This document shows, in pieces, positions 19,115 through 28,835 of a stretch of DNA of 64,000 bases. This stretch comes from an uncultured Clostridia bacterium (GTDB lineage: Bacteria; Bacillota; Clostridia; Christensenellales; CAG-917): assembly GCA_944349635.1 (NCBI GenBank), contig CALVNH010000003.1:727-64726 (forward strand), written 5' to 3'. The translations under genes were made by a program, and so were the position numbers. Below the pieces are notes generated by a model, which worked only from the letters and a program-made list of their open reading frames with translations, did not search any database and was not told the origin of the DNA. The first letter of the stretch is position 1. Every line of letters starts with the position of its first letter.

Positions 19115-21661
19115 ATGAATAAACTGGGAAAAGACATCGTCAAATTTCGCTTGATAATTCTTTTGGTGTTTGTCGCCGTCATCGTTCTGTCGGGAATTCT
19201 CTTGCCGAACATGATAGAAAAGGTCAATTACGACCTCACTTCCTATCTGCCCGACGGCTACGAAACAAAGGACGGCTACACCTTTCTTTCGGAAACTTTT
19301 CAGATTCACGGGGACGTCGAAATAGGTCTGGAAACCACCCGCGGCAAAATCGCGTCGGCCGCCGACAAAATCTATGCTCTGGAAGGCGTAACTGGTGCCG
19401 TGTGGGCAAGTTCACTGGAAATGCTGTTGCAATTCGGCGTGTACGACTTCTCTTCAACGGAATTCGGAGAGCTCTACTCCGTGCTGACGGACGCGCCCGT
19501 TCCCGTCGGATTCGACGAGAACAACAAGCCCTATTACTCCGTGTCGACAGATGGCGAAGGCAACAAAACTTATGTGTACGACACTGCGGAGAATCACACC
19601 TGGGCGTTGCTCGTCACTTTGAAATATCCCCCCTCTTCACAACAGGCAATCAAAATATTCGGTGAAATCAAAAACATCCTGATTGAAGAAGTCGGCGACG
19701 GCAATTATGCCATGAGCGGCATGACGGAACAGGCGAACGCTCTTTACGAAACCGTATTCGACGAAATCTGGAAATACGCGCTGATTGCGGGTGTCGTGGT
19801 CATCATAATTCTGATTTTCACCACGAATTCTCTCATCGAACCTTTGGTGCTGATTCTCACGATGGCAATTTCCATCATCATCAACCTCGGCACCAACGCC
19901 ATATTCAAAGAAACTTCCATCATCACTTTCGCCTGCGGGGCAATACTCCAACTGGGACTGAGCATGGACTACGCCATCTTCCTGCTCCACCAGTACAGGG
20001 ACGAACTGCGCACCACGATAGACCCGAAAGCCGCACTTGCGGCGGCGATTCCGAAGTCCGTAAGGGCTGTTGCATCCAGCGCGCTGACCACGATATGCGG
20101 TTTCCTCGCGTTGCTCTGCATGCAATTCACGATTGGGTTCGATTTGGGACTTACGCTTGCAAAAGGCATTGTGTGCTCTCTGCTCACGGTGCTCCTTCTG
20201 CAACCTTGCCTCATGCTCTTCCTCAACAAAGTCCATCTCAAAACCCAGCACAAGTGCCTCGACCTGCACTTCAAAGCTCCGATTAAACGTAGCATACGCG
20301 ACAGAAAATGGGTTGCCGCCGCCTTCGCCGTGCTGTTTATACCCGCGCTGTACGTTGCGAACTTCTGCTTGCACTACAATTACGTCAAATTCATGCCGGA
20401 AAGCACGGACACCAGCGATAAGTACATACTCGCCAAACAACTCGGCAACCAGGTTATGATTGTCGTCCCCGTGCAATACGAAGACGCAGACGACAGAAAC
20501 GTCTTCCTCGTGGACGAAAACTACGAATTCGTGCAGAAACTGAACGAATACAACACCCTTGAAGAGAATATGGTGACCGTCGTCAAAGACGGCAAGGAAG
20601 TCAAGGAAGAACGCCTCGCGTTTATGCTGGGCATGTTCATAATGTTCCCCGAAGACGCGTCAATCACGATTACGGTGCCCGACGACGTCCCTATCTTCGG
20701 CGGTCAGGTTCTCGAAAATCTGACGATGGAAGACATTCTTTCCTACATCGACACTCTGCAAAACTCCGATGTGCAAATCGAGGGGATGGAGATGTTGTCC
20801 AGCTACATAAGCGGCGGATACACCATGTACACCGTCGGCATAAATTCCGCCATCGACAACGAGAGCGAACTGAGTTTCGAAATTCTGGACGACATCAAGG
20901 CAATGGCGAACGACGTGTTCGGATTTACGGGCAAGCGCTGTTACTTCACGGGATACACTCAGGGTGCATACGACTTTGCCGCAATCACCCCCGGTGACTT
21001 TGCCCTGGTCTCCGCGATTTCCATCGTTGCCATTCTCCTCATTCTGATTTTCACCCTCGGTGGAATCAAATTCCCCGTTCTGCTCGTTGCCCTCATCGAA
21101 TTCGGCATCTGGCTCAACCTCGCCATGCAGTTCGTCTTCTCGGGCGGCGGCATCAACTTTATGTCATACCTGATAATCACCGCCGTGCAGCTCGGAGCAA
21201 CCGTGGACTATGCCATTCTCATCACCACGAAATACCGCGCTCTTCGCAAACGCTTCGAACCCAGACAAGCGGCATATCAGGCAACGAACTCTTCCGTTAT
21301 GTCCGTGCTCACCTCGGCACTAATCATGGCGGGAGCCTGTTTCAGCGTGTTCGGAGTGTCATCCAACCTCATCATCAAGGAGATGACTTTCCTCATCGCG
21401 CGAGGAGCGCTGGTCAGCGCAATCCTCGTCATCTTCGTGTTGCCTGCCCTGCTTGTCGTATGCGACAAACCTCTCGGCACCGAACTGCACTTGCCGCGCA
21501 CGCCCAAACTGCGCCCTGTAAACAAGAAACGTCACAAAAAATACGTTCCGGTTCTTTCTACGGCAACCGTTGCAGCGGCAGACGAACCCGCACTCCCCGA
21601 AACCGCGAATGTCTGCAAGCAAAAGTCAGACGGTAAAAACGGAGGAAAGTCGGAAACGTAA
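19115..21661 (+). CDS. MMPL/RND-superfamily membrane transporter
   Basis: 848 aa with two 6-TM bundles, each preceded by a large extracytoplasmic loop. The N-terminus resembles Firmicutes MMPL/YdfJ-type proteins. GGGAG ribosome-binding site. Confidence 0.85.
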   Translation: MNKLGKDIVKFRLIILLVFVAVIVLSGILLPNMIEKVNYDLTSYLPDGYETKDGYTFLSETFQIHGDVEIGLETTRGKIASAADKIYALEGVTGAVWASSLEMLLQFGVYDFSSTEFGELYSVLTDAPVPVGFDENNKPYYSVSTDGEGNKTYVYDTAENHTWALLVTLKYPPSSQQAIKIFGEIKNILIEEVGDGNYAMSGMTEQANALYETVFDEIWKYALIAGVVVIIILIFTTNSLIEPLVLILTMAISIIINLGTNAIFKETSIITFACGAILQLGLSMDYAIFLLHQYRDELRTTIDPKAALAAAIPKSVRAVASSALTTICGFLALLCMQFTIGFDLGLTLAKGIVCSLLTVLLLQPCLMLFLNKVHLKTQHKCLDLHFKAPIKRSIRDRKWVAAAFAVLFIPALYVANFCLHYNYVKFMPESTDTSDKYILAKQLGNQVMIVVPVQYEDADDRNVFLVDENYEFVQKLNEYNTLEENMVTVVKDGKEVKEERLAFMLGMFIMFPEDASITITVPDDVPIFGGQVLENLTMEDILSYIDTLQNSDVQIEGMEMLSSYISGGYTMYTVGINSAIDNESELSFEILDDIKAMANDVFGFTGKRCYFTGYTQGAYDFAAITPGDFALVSAISIVAILLILIFTLGGIKFPVLLVALIEFGIWLNLAMQFVFSGGGINFMSYLIITAVQLGATVDYAILITTKYRALRKRFEPRQAAYQATNSSVMSVLTSALIMAGACFSVFGVSSNLIIKEMTFLIARGALVSAILVIFVLPALLVVCDKPLGTELHLPRTPKLRPVNKKRHKKYVPVLSTATVAAADEPALPETANVCKQKSDGKNGGKSET

Positions 21662-21863
21662 ATTAAAAAGAAGCGTCCAGCACGTCTGTTTCTCTCATGG
21701 CATTTCGCAGCGAATAAACCGCACAAAACGAAATTCCGCGCACAACCACGCAAACGGATTGCGGCGGAACTCTCACCCTCCCCGTCCGAACAAGTATTTC
21801 GTGCCGATTCACATGGTTCGAATCATCTGAAATCAACCGACCGGCGCTATGCAAGTTCAACAT

Positions 21864-21900
21864 AAAAAGCCGATGCGTTTTGCATCGGCTTTCGTCTTTG
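21864..21900. terminator. bidirectional terminator between the convergent MMPL gene and hydA
   Basis: AAAGCCGATGC-GTTTT-GCATCGGCTTT with flanking A and T runs. Confidence 0.65.
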
Positions 21901-21911
21901 TGTTTGGCGCG

Positions 21912-23651
21912 TCAATAGTTGTTTCTGGGCACGTACTTGGTATGCAGAATGTCGTGCGCGCGGTGGCTGTTGGGCTCTCCCAGATACTCCGCATAAAGCT
22001 CCTTGACTGCGGGATTTTCGTGAGATTTGCGCAGTTTCATCGCTTTGTCAGTGGCATATATGGCTTTTGCCCTCTCCGCCCTGATGTCGAAGTTGTTGCG
22101 CACATAAGCGGATTTGATGGGCTGTCCGCCGCCGTTTACGCAACCGCCCGGGCAGGACATAACCTCAATGAAGTGATAGTCCGCTTCGCCCGCTCGCACT
22201 CTCTCCATGAGCTTTCTGGCGTTGCCGAGTCCGCTGACAACTGCCACTTTGACGACGGTTCCGTTGATGTCGTAGGTGGCTTCTTTCAAATCCTCGACGC
22301 CTCTGACCTCTTTGAAGTCGAGAGAGGGCGCGGCTTTGCCTGCCACAATTTCGTAAACAGTGCGCAATGCCGCTTCCATGACGCCGCCCGTTGCACCGAA
22401 CAGCAATCCCGCGCCGGACGCAATGCCCAAAGGTGCGTCGAAATCCTCTTCGGGGAGCTCGTTGAATATGATGCCGCAGCGCTTAATCAGTTTGGCAAGT
22501 TCTCTCGTGGTAATGGCGATGTCGATATCGGGAACGCCTGCGGCATTCTGCGACGCACGTCCCTTTTCGAACTTCTTCGCCGTGCAAGGCATGACGGAAA
22601 CCACGACGATGTCCTTGGGGTCGACGCCGATTTTCTCGGCGTAGTACGTCTTGCAGATTGCTCCGAACATCTGTTGAGGCGATTTGCAAGTGGAAAGATT
22701 GCCGAGCAAGTCGGGGAAATTGTGTTCGCAGAACTTAATCCAGGCGGGAGAACAACTGGTAATCATGGGCAGAATGCCGCCTTTTTTCAACCTGCCGAGG
22801 AACTCCGTTCCTTCTTCCATAATGGTGAGGTCGGCGGCGAAATCCACGTCGAAGACGTCGTGAAAACCGATTCTGCGCAGAGCCGCAACCATTTTGCCCT
22901 GAACGTTGGTGCCCATGGGATACCCGAACTCTTCGCCGAGGCCGACGCGCACGGAAGGCGCGACGCCGACGATGACGCGCTTCGAGGGGTCGTTGAGCGC
23001 TTCGAGAACGTCGTCGATTTCTTCCCTCTCGGTGAGTGCGCCGACGGGACACACCGCAATGCACTGTCCGCAACCCACGCAAGGAACTTCGGACAGGGTC
23101 TTTTCGAAAGCGCAACCGATGTGAGTGTCAAAGCCTCTTGCGTTTGCGCCGATGACGGACACGGACTGATACTGTTTGCACGCGGCGACGCATCTGCGGC
23201 AAAGCACGCATTTATTGTTGTCGCGCACTATATAGGGTGTGGAAGTGTCCAGAACGTATTTGCTTTTGACACCCGCGTATTTATGGCTGTCGCAGCCGAG
23301 TTCGAGAGCTAGTTTCTGCAATTCGCAATTGTTGTTGCGCGGACAGCTGAGGCAGTTCTGGTCGTGGTCGGACAGAATGAGTTCGACGGTGGTCTTTCTG
23401 GAATCCATTACCTTCTTTGTGTTGGTAAAGACTTCCATGCCCTCACTGACTGGATAGACGCAGGATGCAACCAGGCTTCTTGCGCCCTTGACTTCGCAGA
23501 CGCAGACGCGGCACGCACCGATTGCGTTGATGTCTTTCAGATAGCAAAGGGTCGGGATTTTCACGCCCGCTTCCTTTGCGGCTTGCAATATTGTGGTCCC
23601 CTCTTCGACCGTAACGGGGATATTGTTTATTTTCAGATTGACTTTTGCCAT
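21912..23651 (-). CDS. hydA: [FeFe]-hydrogenase catalytic subunit HydA (M3-type, bifurcating-type context)
   Basis: N-terminal 2Fe-2S region (CYLKDINAIGACRVCVCEV), a C-rich accessory-cluster region, 2x[4Fe-4S] (CVLCRRCVAAC, CVGCGQCIAVCP), and H-cluster motifs ITSCSPAW, MPCTAKKFE, EVMSCPGGCVNGGGQP. Confidence 0.92.
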   Translation of the reverse strand: MAKVNLKINNIPVTVEEGTTILQAAKEAGVKIPTLCYLKDINAIGACRVCVCEVKGARSLVASCVYPVSEGMEVFTNTKKVMDSRKTTVELILSDHDQNCLSCPRNNNCELQKLALELGCDSHKYAGVKSKYVLDTSTPYIVRDNNKCVLCRRCVAACKQYQSVSVIGANARGFDTHIGCAFEKTLSEVPCVGCGQCIAVCPVGALTEREEIDDVLEALNDPSKRVIVGVAPSVRVGLGEEFGYPMGTNVQGKMVAALRRIGFHDVFDVDFAADLTIMEEGTEFLGRLKKGGILPMITSCSPAWIKFCEHNFPDLLGNLSTCKSPQQMFGAICKTYYAEKIGVDPKDIVVVSVMPCTAKKFEKGRASQNAAGVPDIDIAITTRELAKLIKRCGIIFNELPEEDFDAPLGIASGAGLLFGATGGVMEAALRTVYEIVAGKAAPSLDFKEVRGVEDLKEATYDINGTVVKVAVVSGLGNARKLMERVRAGEADYHFIEVMSCPGGCVNGGGQPIKSAYVRNNFDIRAERAKAIYATDKAMKLRKSHENPAVKELYAEYLGEPNSHRAHDILHTKYVPRNNY

Positions 23652-23654
23652 AAA

Positions 23655-25439
23655 CTACTCCTTGACGATTGCATTGAAACGGCAGGTTTCAAGGCAGAGA
23701 CCGCACTTGATGCACTTGGACGGGTCGATGACGAATTTGGATTTGATTTCACCCGAAATCGCGCCGACGGGACACTTCCTCGCACACGCGGAGCAGCCTT
23801 TGCAGTCGTCCGTAATGGTGTAACGGACAAGACCTTTGCAGACGTGGCAGGGACACTTCTTGTCCACAACGTGAGCAATGTACTCGTCCCTGAAATAGCG
23901 AAGCGTGGAAAGCACGGGGTTGGGAGCCGTCTGTCCCAGACCGCAAAGAGAATTGGCTTTGATGTAATAGCACAGATTCTCCATATCTTCGAGGTCCTGC
24001 ATAGTGGCTTTGCCCGAAGTGATTTTTTCGAGATATTCAAGCAACCTGCGGTTCCCTATACGGCAAGGAGTGCACTTTCCGCAGCTCTCGTCGACGGTGA
24101 ATTCCAGGAAAAACTTTGCGATGTCGACCATGCAGTTGTCCTCGTCCATGACTATCATTCCGCCGGAGCCCATCATCGAGCCTATGGAAATCAGATTGTC
24201 GTAGTCGATGGGTATGTCGAAATGTTCCGCGGGAATGCAACCGCCGGAAGGGCCGCCCGTCTGTGCCGCTTTGAAATGCTTGCCGTTGGGAATGCCGCCG
24301 CCGATGTCCTCGATGACTTCGCGGAGCGTCGTGCCCATGGGAATCTCGACAAGACCCGTGTTCGTGATTTTGCCGCCGAGGGCGAACACCTTGGTGCCCT
24401 TGGATTTCTCCGTACCCATGGAAGCAAACCAGCCCGGTCCTTTGAGAATTATCTGGCAGATGTTGGCATAGGTTTCGACGTTGTTCAGAATGGTGGGTTT
24501 GCCGAACAGACCCTTGACCGCAGGGAACGGAGGACGGGGTCTTGGCTCACCGCGATTGCCCTCGATTGAGGTCATGAGCGCGGTTTCCTCGCCGCAGACG
24601 AACGCGCCCGCTCCGAGACGGATTTCCAAATCGAAATCGAAGCCCGTGTCCAAAATGTTCTTGCCGAGCAGACCGTATTCCTTCGCCTGCGCAAGTGCTA
24701 TTTTGAGGCGCTGAACGGCGATGGGATACTCCGCTCTGACGTAAATGTAACCCTGGTGCGCTCCGATTGCGTAACCGGCAATCGCCATGGCTTCCAACAC
24801 GGCATGGGGGTCGCCTTCAAGAATGGAACGGTCCATGAATGCGCCGGGGTCGCCCTCGTCTGCGTTGCAGCAGACGTACTTGATGTCGCCGGGGCTGTTT
24901 GCGGCAAACTGCCATTTCATGCCGGTGGGGAAACCTCCGCCGCCTCTGCCGCGCAGACCGGACTTCTTGACGATGTCGATTACTTCTTGCGGAGTGAGTT
25001 CCGTAAGGCACTTGATGAGCGCCTGATAGCCGTCGAACGCAATGTATTCGTCTATTTCTTCGGGGTTGATGACGCCGCAGTTGCGAAGAGCCACACGCGT
25101 CTGTTTCTTATAGAAATTGGTATCGGAAAGAGCTTTGACGGCGTGCTGGTCGGATTTCTCCTTGTAAAGCAAACGCTGAACCAGCCTGCCCTTGACGACG
25201 TGTTCGTCCACGATTTCGGCGACGTCCTCGACTTTTATGCCGCTGTAAAACGCTCCTTCGGGATAGACGATGACGACGGGACCGACGGCGCAGAGTCCGA
25301 AACAACCCGTGCCGACCACGGCAACGTCGTTTTCCAGTCCGCGCTCCTTAATCAGGGTTTCGAATTCCCTTTTGACGGCCGCGCTGTTGTTGGAATGACA
25401 ACCCGTGCCGCCGCAAACCAAAATATGACTTCTGACCAT
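23655..25439 (-). CDS. hydB: NuoF-like flavoprotein subunit HydB (NADH/FMN-binding, Fe-S)
   Basis: N-terminal thioredoxin-like 2Fe-2S (ILVCGGTGCHS), NuoF core GAGAFVCGEETAL, ESCGKCTPCR, and two C-terminal ferredoxin CxxCxxCxxxCP motifs. Confidence 0.92.
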   Translation of the reverse strand: MVRSHILVCGGTGCHSNNSAAVKREFETLIKERGLENDVAVVGTGCFGLCAVGPVVIVYPEGAFYSGIKVEDVAEIVDEHVVKGRLVQRLLYKEKSDQHAVKALSDTNFYKKQTRVALRNCGVINPEEIDEYIAFDGYQALIKCLTELTPQEVIDIVKKSGLRGRGGGGFPTGMKWQFAANSPGDIKYVCCNADEGDPGAFMDRSILEGDPHAVLEAMAIAGYAIGAHQGYIYVRAEYPIAVQRLKIALAQAKEYGLLGKNILDTGFDFDLEIRLGAGAFVCGEETALMTSIEGNRGEPRPRPPFPAVKGLFGKPTILNNVETYANICQIILKGPGWFASMGTEKSKGTKVFALGGKITNTGLVEIPMGTTLREVIEDIGGGIPNGKHFKAAQTGGPSGGCIPAEHFDIPIDYDNLISIGSMMGSGGMIVMDEDNCMVDIAKFFLEFTVDESCGKCTPCRIGNRRLLEYLEKITSGKATMQDLEDMENLCYYIKANSLCGLGQTAPNPVLSTLRYFRDEYIAHVVDKKCPCHVCKGLVRYTITDDCKGCSACARKCPVGAISGEIKSKFVIDPSKCIKCGLCLETCRFNAIVKE

Positions 25440-25448
25440 AATCTCTCC

Positions 25449-25820
25449 TTAGTTGTTCGTAATCAGATAATCTTTGCAGATGTTTCCGTTGACTATGTGA
25501 TTTGCCACGATGTTTTTTGCCTTTTCGGGGTTGACCAACACATACGTGACGGGGTCCTCGCCGGGAATATGCACCTCGACAATGGGCTCCAGTTTGCACA
25601 TGCCGAGGCATCCGCTGCGCGTAACCTTGACGTTGTGCAGATTGCGTGCCGCAACCTCGTCGACAAGCGCGTTGAACACGGGGCGTGCCCCTGCGGAAAT
25701 ACCGCAGGTTGCCATACCGACGACAATGCGGATTTCCTGTTCCGCATCCTGGTTGTCACGCAGCACAATCTGTGACTGCATCTTGTCGCGGATAGCCTTT
25801 ATGTCGGCTATACTTTTCAT
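25449..25820 (-). CDS. thioredoxin-like [2Fe-2S] ferredoxin (HndB/HydD-like)
   Basis: 123 aa with MATCGISAG...SGCLGMCKLEP, lying between the kinase-like gene and hydB. Confidence 0.8.
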   Translation of the reverse strand: MKSIADIKAIRDKMQSQIVLRDNQDAEQEIRIVVGMATCGISAGARPVFNALVDEVAARNLHNVKVTRSGCLGMCKLEPIVEVHIPGEDPVTYVLVNPEKAKNIVANHIVNGNICKDYLITNN

Positions 25821-26362
25821 AATTTCTCTCCTCCGATACTCTTGATATTTTCGTTTATCATATCTCTGACGAAAAGGAGCACTTCGGGTTCCGTGACGGA
25901 CACGCCGTCCAGTTCCTTCTTCAACTCCCTCGTGTCAAATACGAATTTTTCTCCGTCCACACGGATGTCGAACACGAACTCCGTCCCTTTGTCGTCGCCC
26001 AGCAAAGTGACGACCGTGTCCGCAAGGTCGCCCAACGGGGCGCGGTCTATACTGTCCAGCACGAACGTGGCTTCCACCGTCGTCCCCTTTCCCTTTTCGG
26101 AGCGGATGTCAAACGTGCCGCCCGTCATTTCCGCCGCCATTTTGAAAAGCGGAATGCCCATGCCCACCTTGCGCGTGGTTCTGGTGGTCGTGAAAGGGTC
26201 GGTGACGCGCGCCAGGAATTCCGCATCCATGCCGCAGCCGTCGTCCTCTATGCGTATGGTGAGAGTGTTGTTCCGAGCCTGCACGAGAACGGTCACAAGC
26301 GAGGCCTTTGCCTTTACGGAGTTTTCCGTTATGTCGAGAATGTTAAGCGCAAGCTCTCTCAT
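25817..26362 (-). CDS. stand-alone histidine-kinase-like ATPase (HATPase_c) protein
   Basis: N-box LNILDITENS, G1 DDGCGMD, G2 GMGIPLF. ATG at 26362 is preceded by GGGAGG. An alternative GTG at 26395 overlaps the upstream stop. Confidence 0.75.
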   Translation of the reverse strand: MRELALNILDITENSVKAKASLVTVLVQARNNTLTIRIEDDGCGMDAEFLARVTDPFTTTRTTRKVGMGIPLFKMAAEMTGGTFDIRSEKGKGTTVEATFVLDSIDRAPLGDLADTVVTLLGDDKGTEFVFDIRVDGEKFVFDTRELKKELDGVSVTEPEVLLFVRDMINENIKSIGGEKL

Positions 26363-26391
26363 CTTCCTCCCGCCCTCTGCGCTCCGCATCG

Positions 26392-27087
26392 TCACGCATT
26401 GCGCAAAGCCTCAATCAACGCCTCCACGGAATACTCGTCCAGTTCTATCTCGCCCTTGTCGGACATCGTTTCCAGCGTGTGCGAATCGCTGTCCGTGATG
26501 ACGGTTTTCCTTGCCGTCCAGAAAGAGCGTTCGCTCTCGTCGGCCTGCGGCGACAGCTCCACGACACGGTACCTGTCGGGTATGTCGCCCAGAATCTGCA
26601 ACATACTGTTTGCGTCGCGGTCTATGTGCGCCGGCACTGCGATTCCTCCAAGCGACAGCGCAAGCTCGTAAACCTCGTCGCAGGAGATATCCGCACTGTC
26701 GAGAAGCATTCTTTCCTCCTTGCCGACGACGTTGTCGTCCTCGTCGAAAAACAGTTGCTCCCCGAACAGCTCCTCCCTGTTCTTCCTCTGCGAGAAAGGA
26801 ATCCTGCCCGCAAAAGTTTCCAGAGAGTCGCAATCGCGGAAAAGACAAAGCAGATGAATGTCCTCCGCGGTCTGTATCTCCACAGCCGGCACCACCTTGA
26901 CGCCGAACTCTTTTCCCGCACGCACCGCAAGCGGGACGTGCCCTGTGGCGTTATGGTCCGCAATAGCAACGAAATCCAGCCCGATAAGCGCGGCATTGCC
27001 CACTATGGTGACGGGTGTCATTTCGTTCTCCGCACATGGCGACAACGCGGAATGTATGTGCAAATCATAACGGTATTTCATTATCAT
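26392..27087 (-). CDS. PHP-domain phosphoesterase
   Basis: YDLHIHSALSPC...IADHN...PAHIDR metal-binding His/Asp pattern of PHP domains. Confidence 0.8.
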   Translation of the reverse strand: MIMKYRYDLHIHSALSPCAENEMTPVTIVGNAALIGLDFVAIADHNATGHVPLAVRAGKEFGVKVVPAVEIQTAEDIHLLCLFRDCDSLETFAGRIPFSQRKNREELFGEQLFFDEDDNVVGKEERMLLDSADISCDEVYELALSLGGIAVPAHIDRDANSMLQILGDIPDRYRVVELSPQADESERSFWTARKTVITDSDSHTLETMSDKGEIELDEYSVEALIEALRNA

Positions 27088-27195
27088 TCAGCCAAACGCG
27101 ATGTTTATTCGTCCGATTCAACACATAAAGCCCGCGTTTTGTCTTATTGCTTGGGAATGTTCCGTTCTGCTGTTTCGACGGCGTTCCCTCGCGTT

Positions 27196-27525
27196 TCACT
27201 TGAATCTGCCTGCCGTGAGGGTTGCCGCAGTGTATGCGTCGTAATCCGTCATCAGCATATTCACGTCTTGCAACCGCACCTTTTCGACAAGAGCGTCGTC
27301 CGGCGTGACTCCTTCGCACAGCACCACCGCACCGCAGTCGGCAAGCGTGGCGACGGCGCACACGTTGACGTTGCTCATCACGGTGAACCAGGCGCAATCC
27401 GCGGGCGCCTTCCCCATCACGAAACTGAGAAAGTCACCGCAATAGCCCGTGCTGAGTTCCCTCTCGCCGTCGGCGAGGTTTACGATTTTGGCGTTAAGCA
27501 GGTCGGCAAGGTTGTTGACCGTCAT
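27196..27525 (-). CDS. DRTGG-domain-like small protein
   Basis: 109 aa from MTVNNLADLL. The ATGA overlap with the upstream stop supports this start. It resembles the paralog at 29264-29602. Confidence 0.65.
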   Translation of the reverse strand: MTVNNLADLLNAKIVNLADGERELSTGYCGDFLSFVMGKAPADCAWFTVMSNVNVCAVATLADCGAVVLCEGVTPDDALVEKVRLQDVNMLMTDYDAYTAATLTAGRFK

Positions 27526-28811
27526 TTTGCACCGCCGTTTTCGTATTCGCCCAAACGGGGACATTTCGTGCCTTTCGGCAACACGCCGTTCACGACGTCC
27601 TCCGCAAACGCGCGACAGCTGGGCGCGCCGCACAGTCCGCAGTCCGCGAGCGGCAAAGTTCCCATTATGTTCTCAATCTCTATGAGTTTGTTCATGGCAA
27701 GCAGCCTGTTGCTGTCGAGTTTGAACACGTCTTTCTTTGTCGGGTTCTGCTCCCAGAGGAAATACTCCTTGTCCTTGCCTATATCCGCCATGGTATTCGG
27801 CTCTCCTCTGAGTTTACTTGTGAGGTAATGCAGACGAGAACGCGCCACGAAAGCATTCTCCACGTTCATCACTCCGCCGACGCAACCGCTGATACAGGCG
27901 TTGAGCTCTATGAACCTGATATCCTGCAAACCGCCGTCTTCGAGGGCTTCCAGAATCTTGACACACTGTTCTATTCCGTCTGCGGCAATGGTTTTCAGCT
28001 CTTCCGTTGAGTTGGCTTCGCCTCTGCTTATGCCCCAGTTGAGTCCCGTAGAGCTCATCTTTGCAAGAGGTTTTATCTCTGTCAGCTTGTCCATTGCGGG
28101 CACCAGACGCATATACACGTCGGACACTGACAAAACTCTGTCCACATACGGCTTGTTGACACCGAGCCCCATTTTGAGCGCGAACACCTTTGCCGGGCAC
28201 GGAGAAATGAAATAAACCCCGATGTCCTTTTCGGGAATTCCCTTTGCCACGGCTCTTTCGCGCGCGAGTTTCGCGGCGGCGTCCACGGGTGCCAGAGTAA
28301 ACAGCAACTGCTCCGCAAGGTCGTGATATTTCATCATAATCAACTCGACTACGGCGGGGCAAGCCGTCGAAATGATGGGACGCTTTATGAGCCCCTCTTT
28401 CATTATTTCGCGTGTCGCGTCGGTGATGTATTCCGCAGCCTCACCCACTTCGAAGACCTCGTCGAAGCCTATCTGCAACAACCCGTTGAGAACCACGTTT
28501 ATGTCTTCGAGATTGTTGAACTGTCCGTAAAGCGAAGGAGGAGGAAGGGCTATTTTATACTTGAAATCGTTGATTGTGTCCCACGGGTCGTGAGAAGGGA
28601 GTTTTGCGTGATGACGGCAAAGTCTGACGCATTCCCCGCAACCTATGCACCGCTCGTATGCCACACTCGCCTTGCCGTTGCGGACACGGATAGCCTCGGT
28701 GGGACAACGCTTCATACAGGTGACGCACCCCTTGCACTTTTCAGGGTCCAGCGTTACCGTGTGCAGAGCCTTCTCGTCGAGAACGCAACCGATTTTGATT
28801 TTTTTTGCCAT
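27522..28811 (-). CDS. [FeFe]-hydrogenase-like protein, putative sensory type (HydS-like), without a PAS domain
   Basis: N-terminal 2x[4Fe-4S] ferredoxin (CKGCVTCMKRCP, CIGCGECVRLC). Degenerate H-cluster motifs STACPAV, ISPCPAKV, ACISGCVGG. C-terminal extra Cys motif CGLCGAPSCRAF. Confidence 0.85.
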   Translation of the reverse strand: MAKKIKIGCVLDEKALHTVTLDPEKCKGCVTCMKRCPTEAIRVRNGKASVAYERCIGCGECVRLCRHHAKLPSHDPWDTINDFKYKIALPPPSLYGQFNNLEDINVVLNGLLQIGFDEVFEVGEAAEYITDATREIMKEGLIKRPIISTACPAVVELIMMKYHDLAEQLLFTLAPVDAAAKLARERAVAKGIPEKDIGVYFISPCPAKVFALKMGLGVNKPYVDRVLSVSDVYMRLVPAMDKLTEIKPLAKMSSTGLNWGISRGEANSTEELKTIAADGIEQCVKILEALEDGGLQDIRFIELNACISGCVGGVMNVENAFVARSRLHYLTSKLRGEPNTMADIGKDKEYFLWEQNPTKKDVFKLDSNRLLAMNKLIEIENIMGTLPLADCGLCGAPSCRAFAEDVVNGVLPKGTKCPRLGEYENGGAK

Positions 28812-28835
28812 AGTTTCACCCTTACCGTCTACGCA

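Noticed and set aside
27088-27195. 108-nt gap inside the hydrogenase operon as a possible small gene or riboswitch
   Set aside because: It contains no ORF, no conserved-looking structure and no clear promoter or terminator. It is mentioned only as a place to look for an internal promoter.
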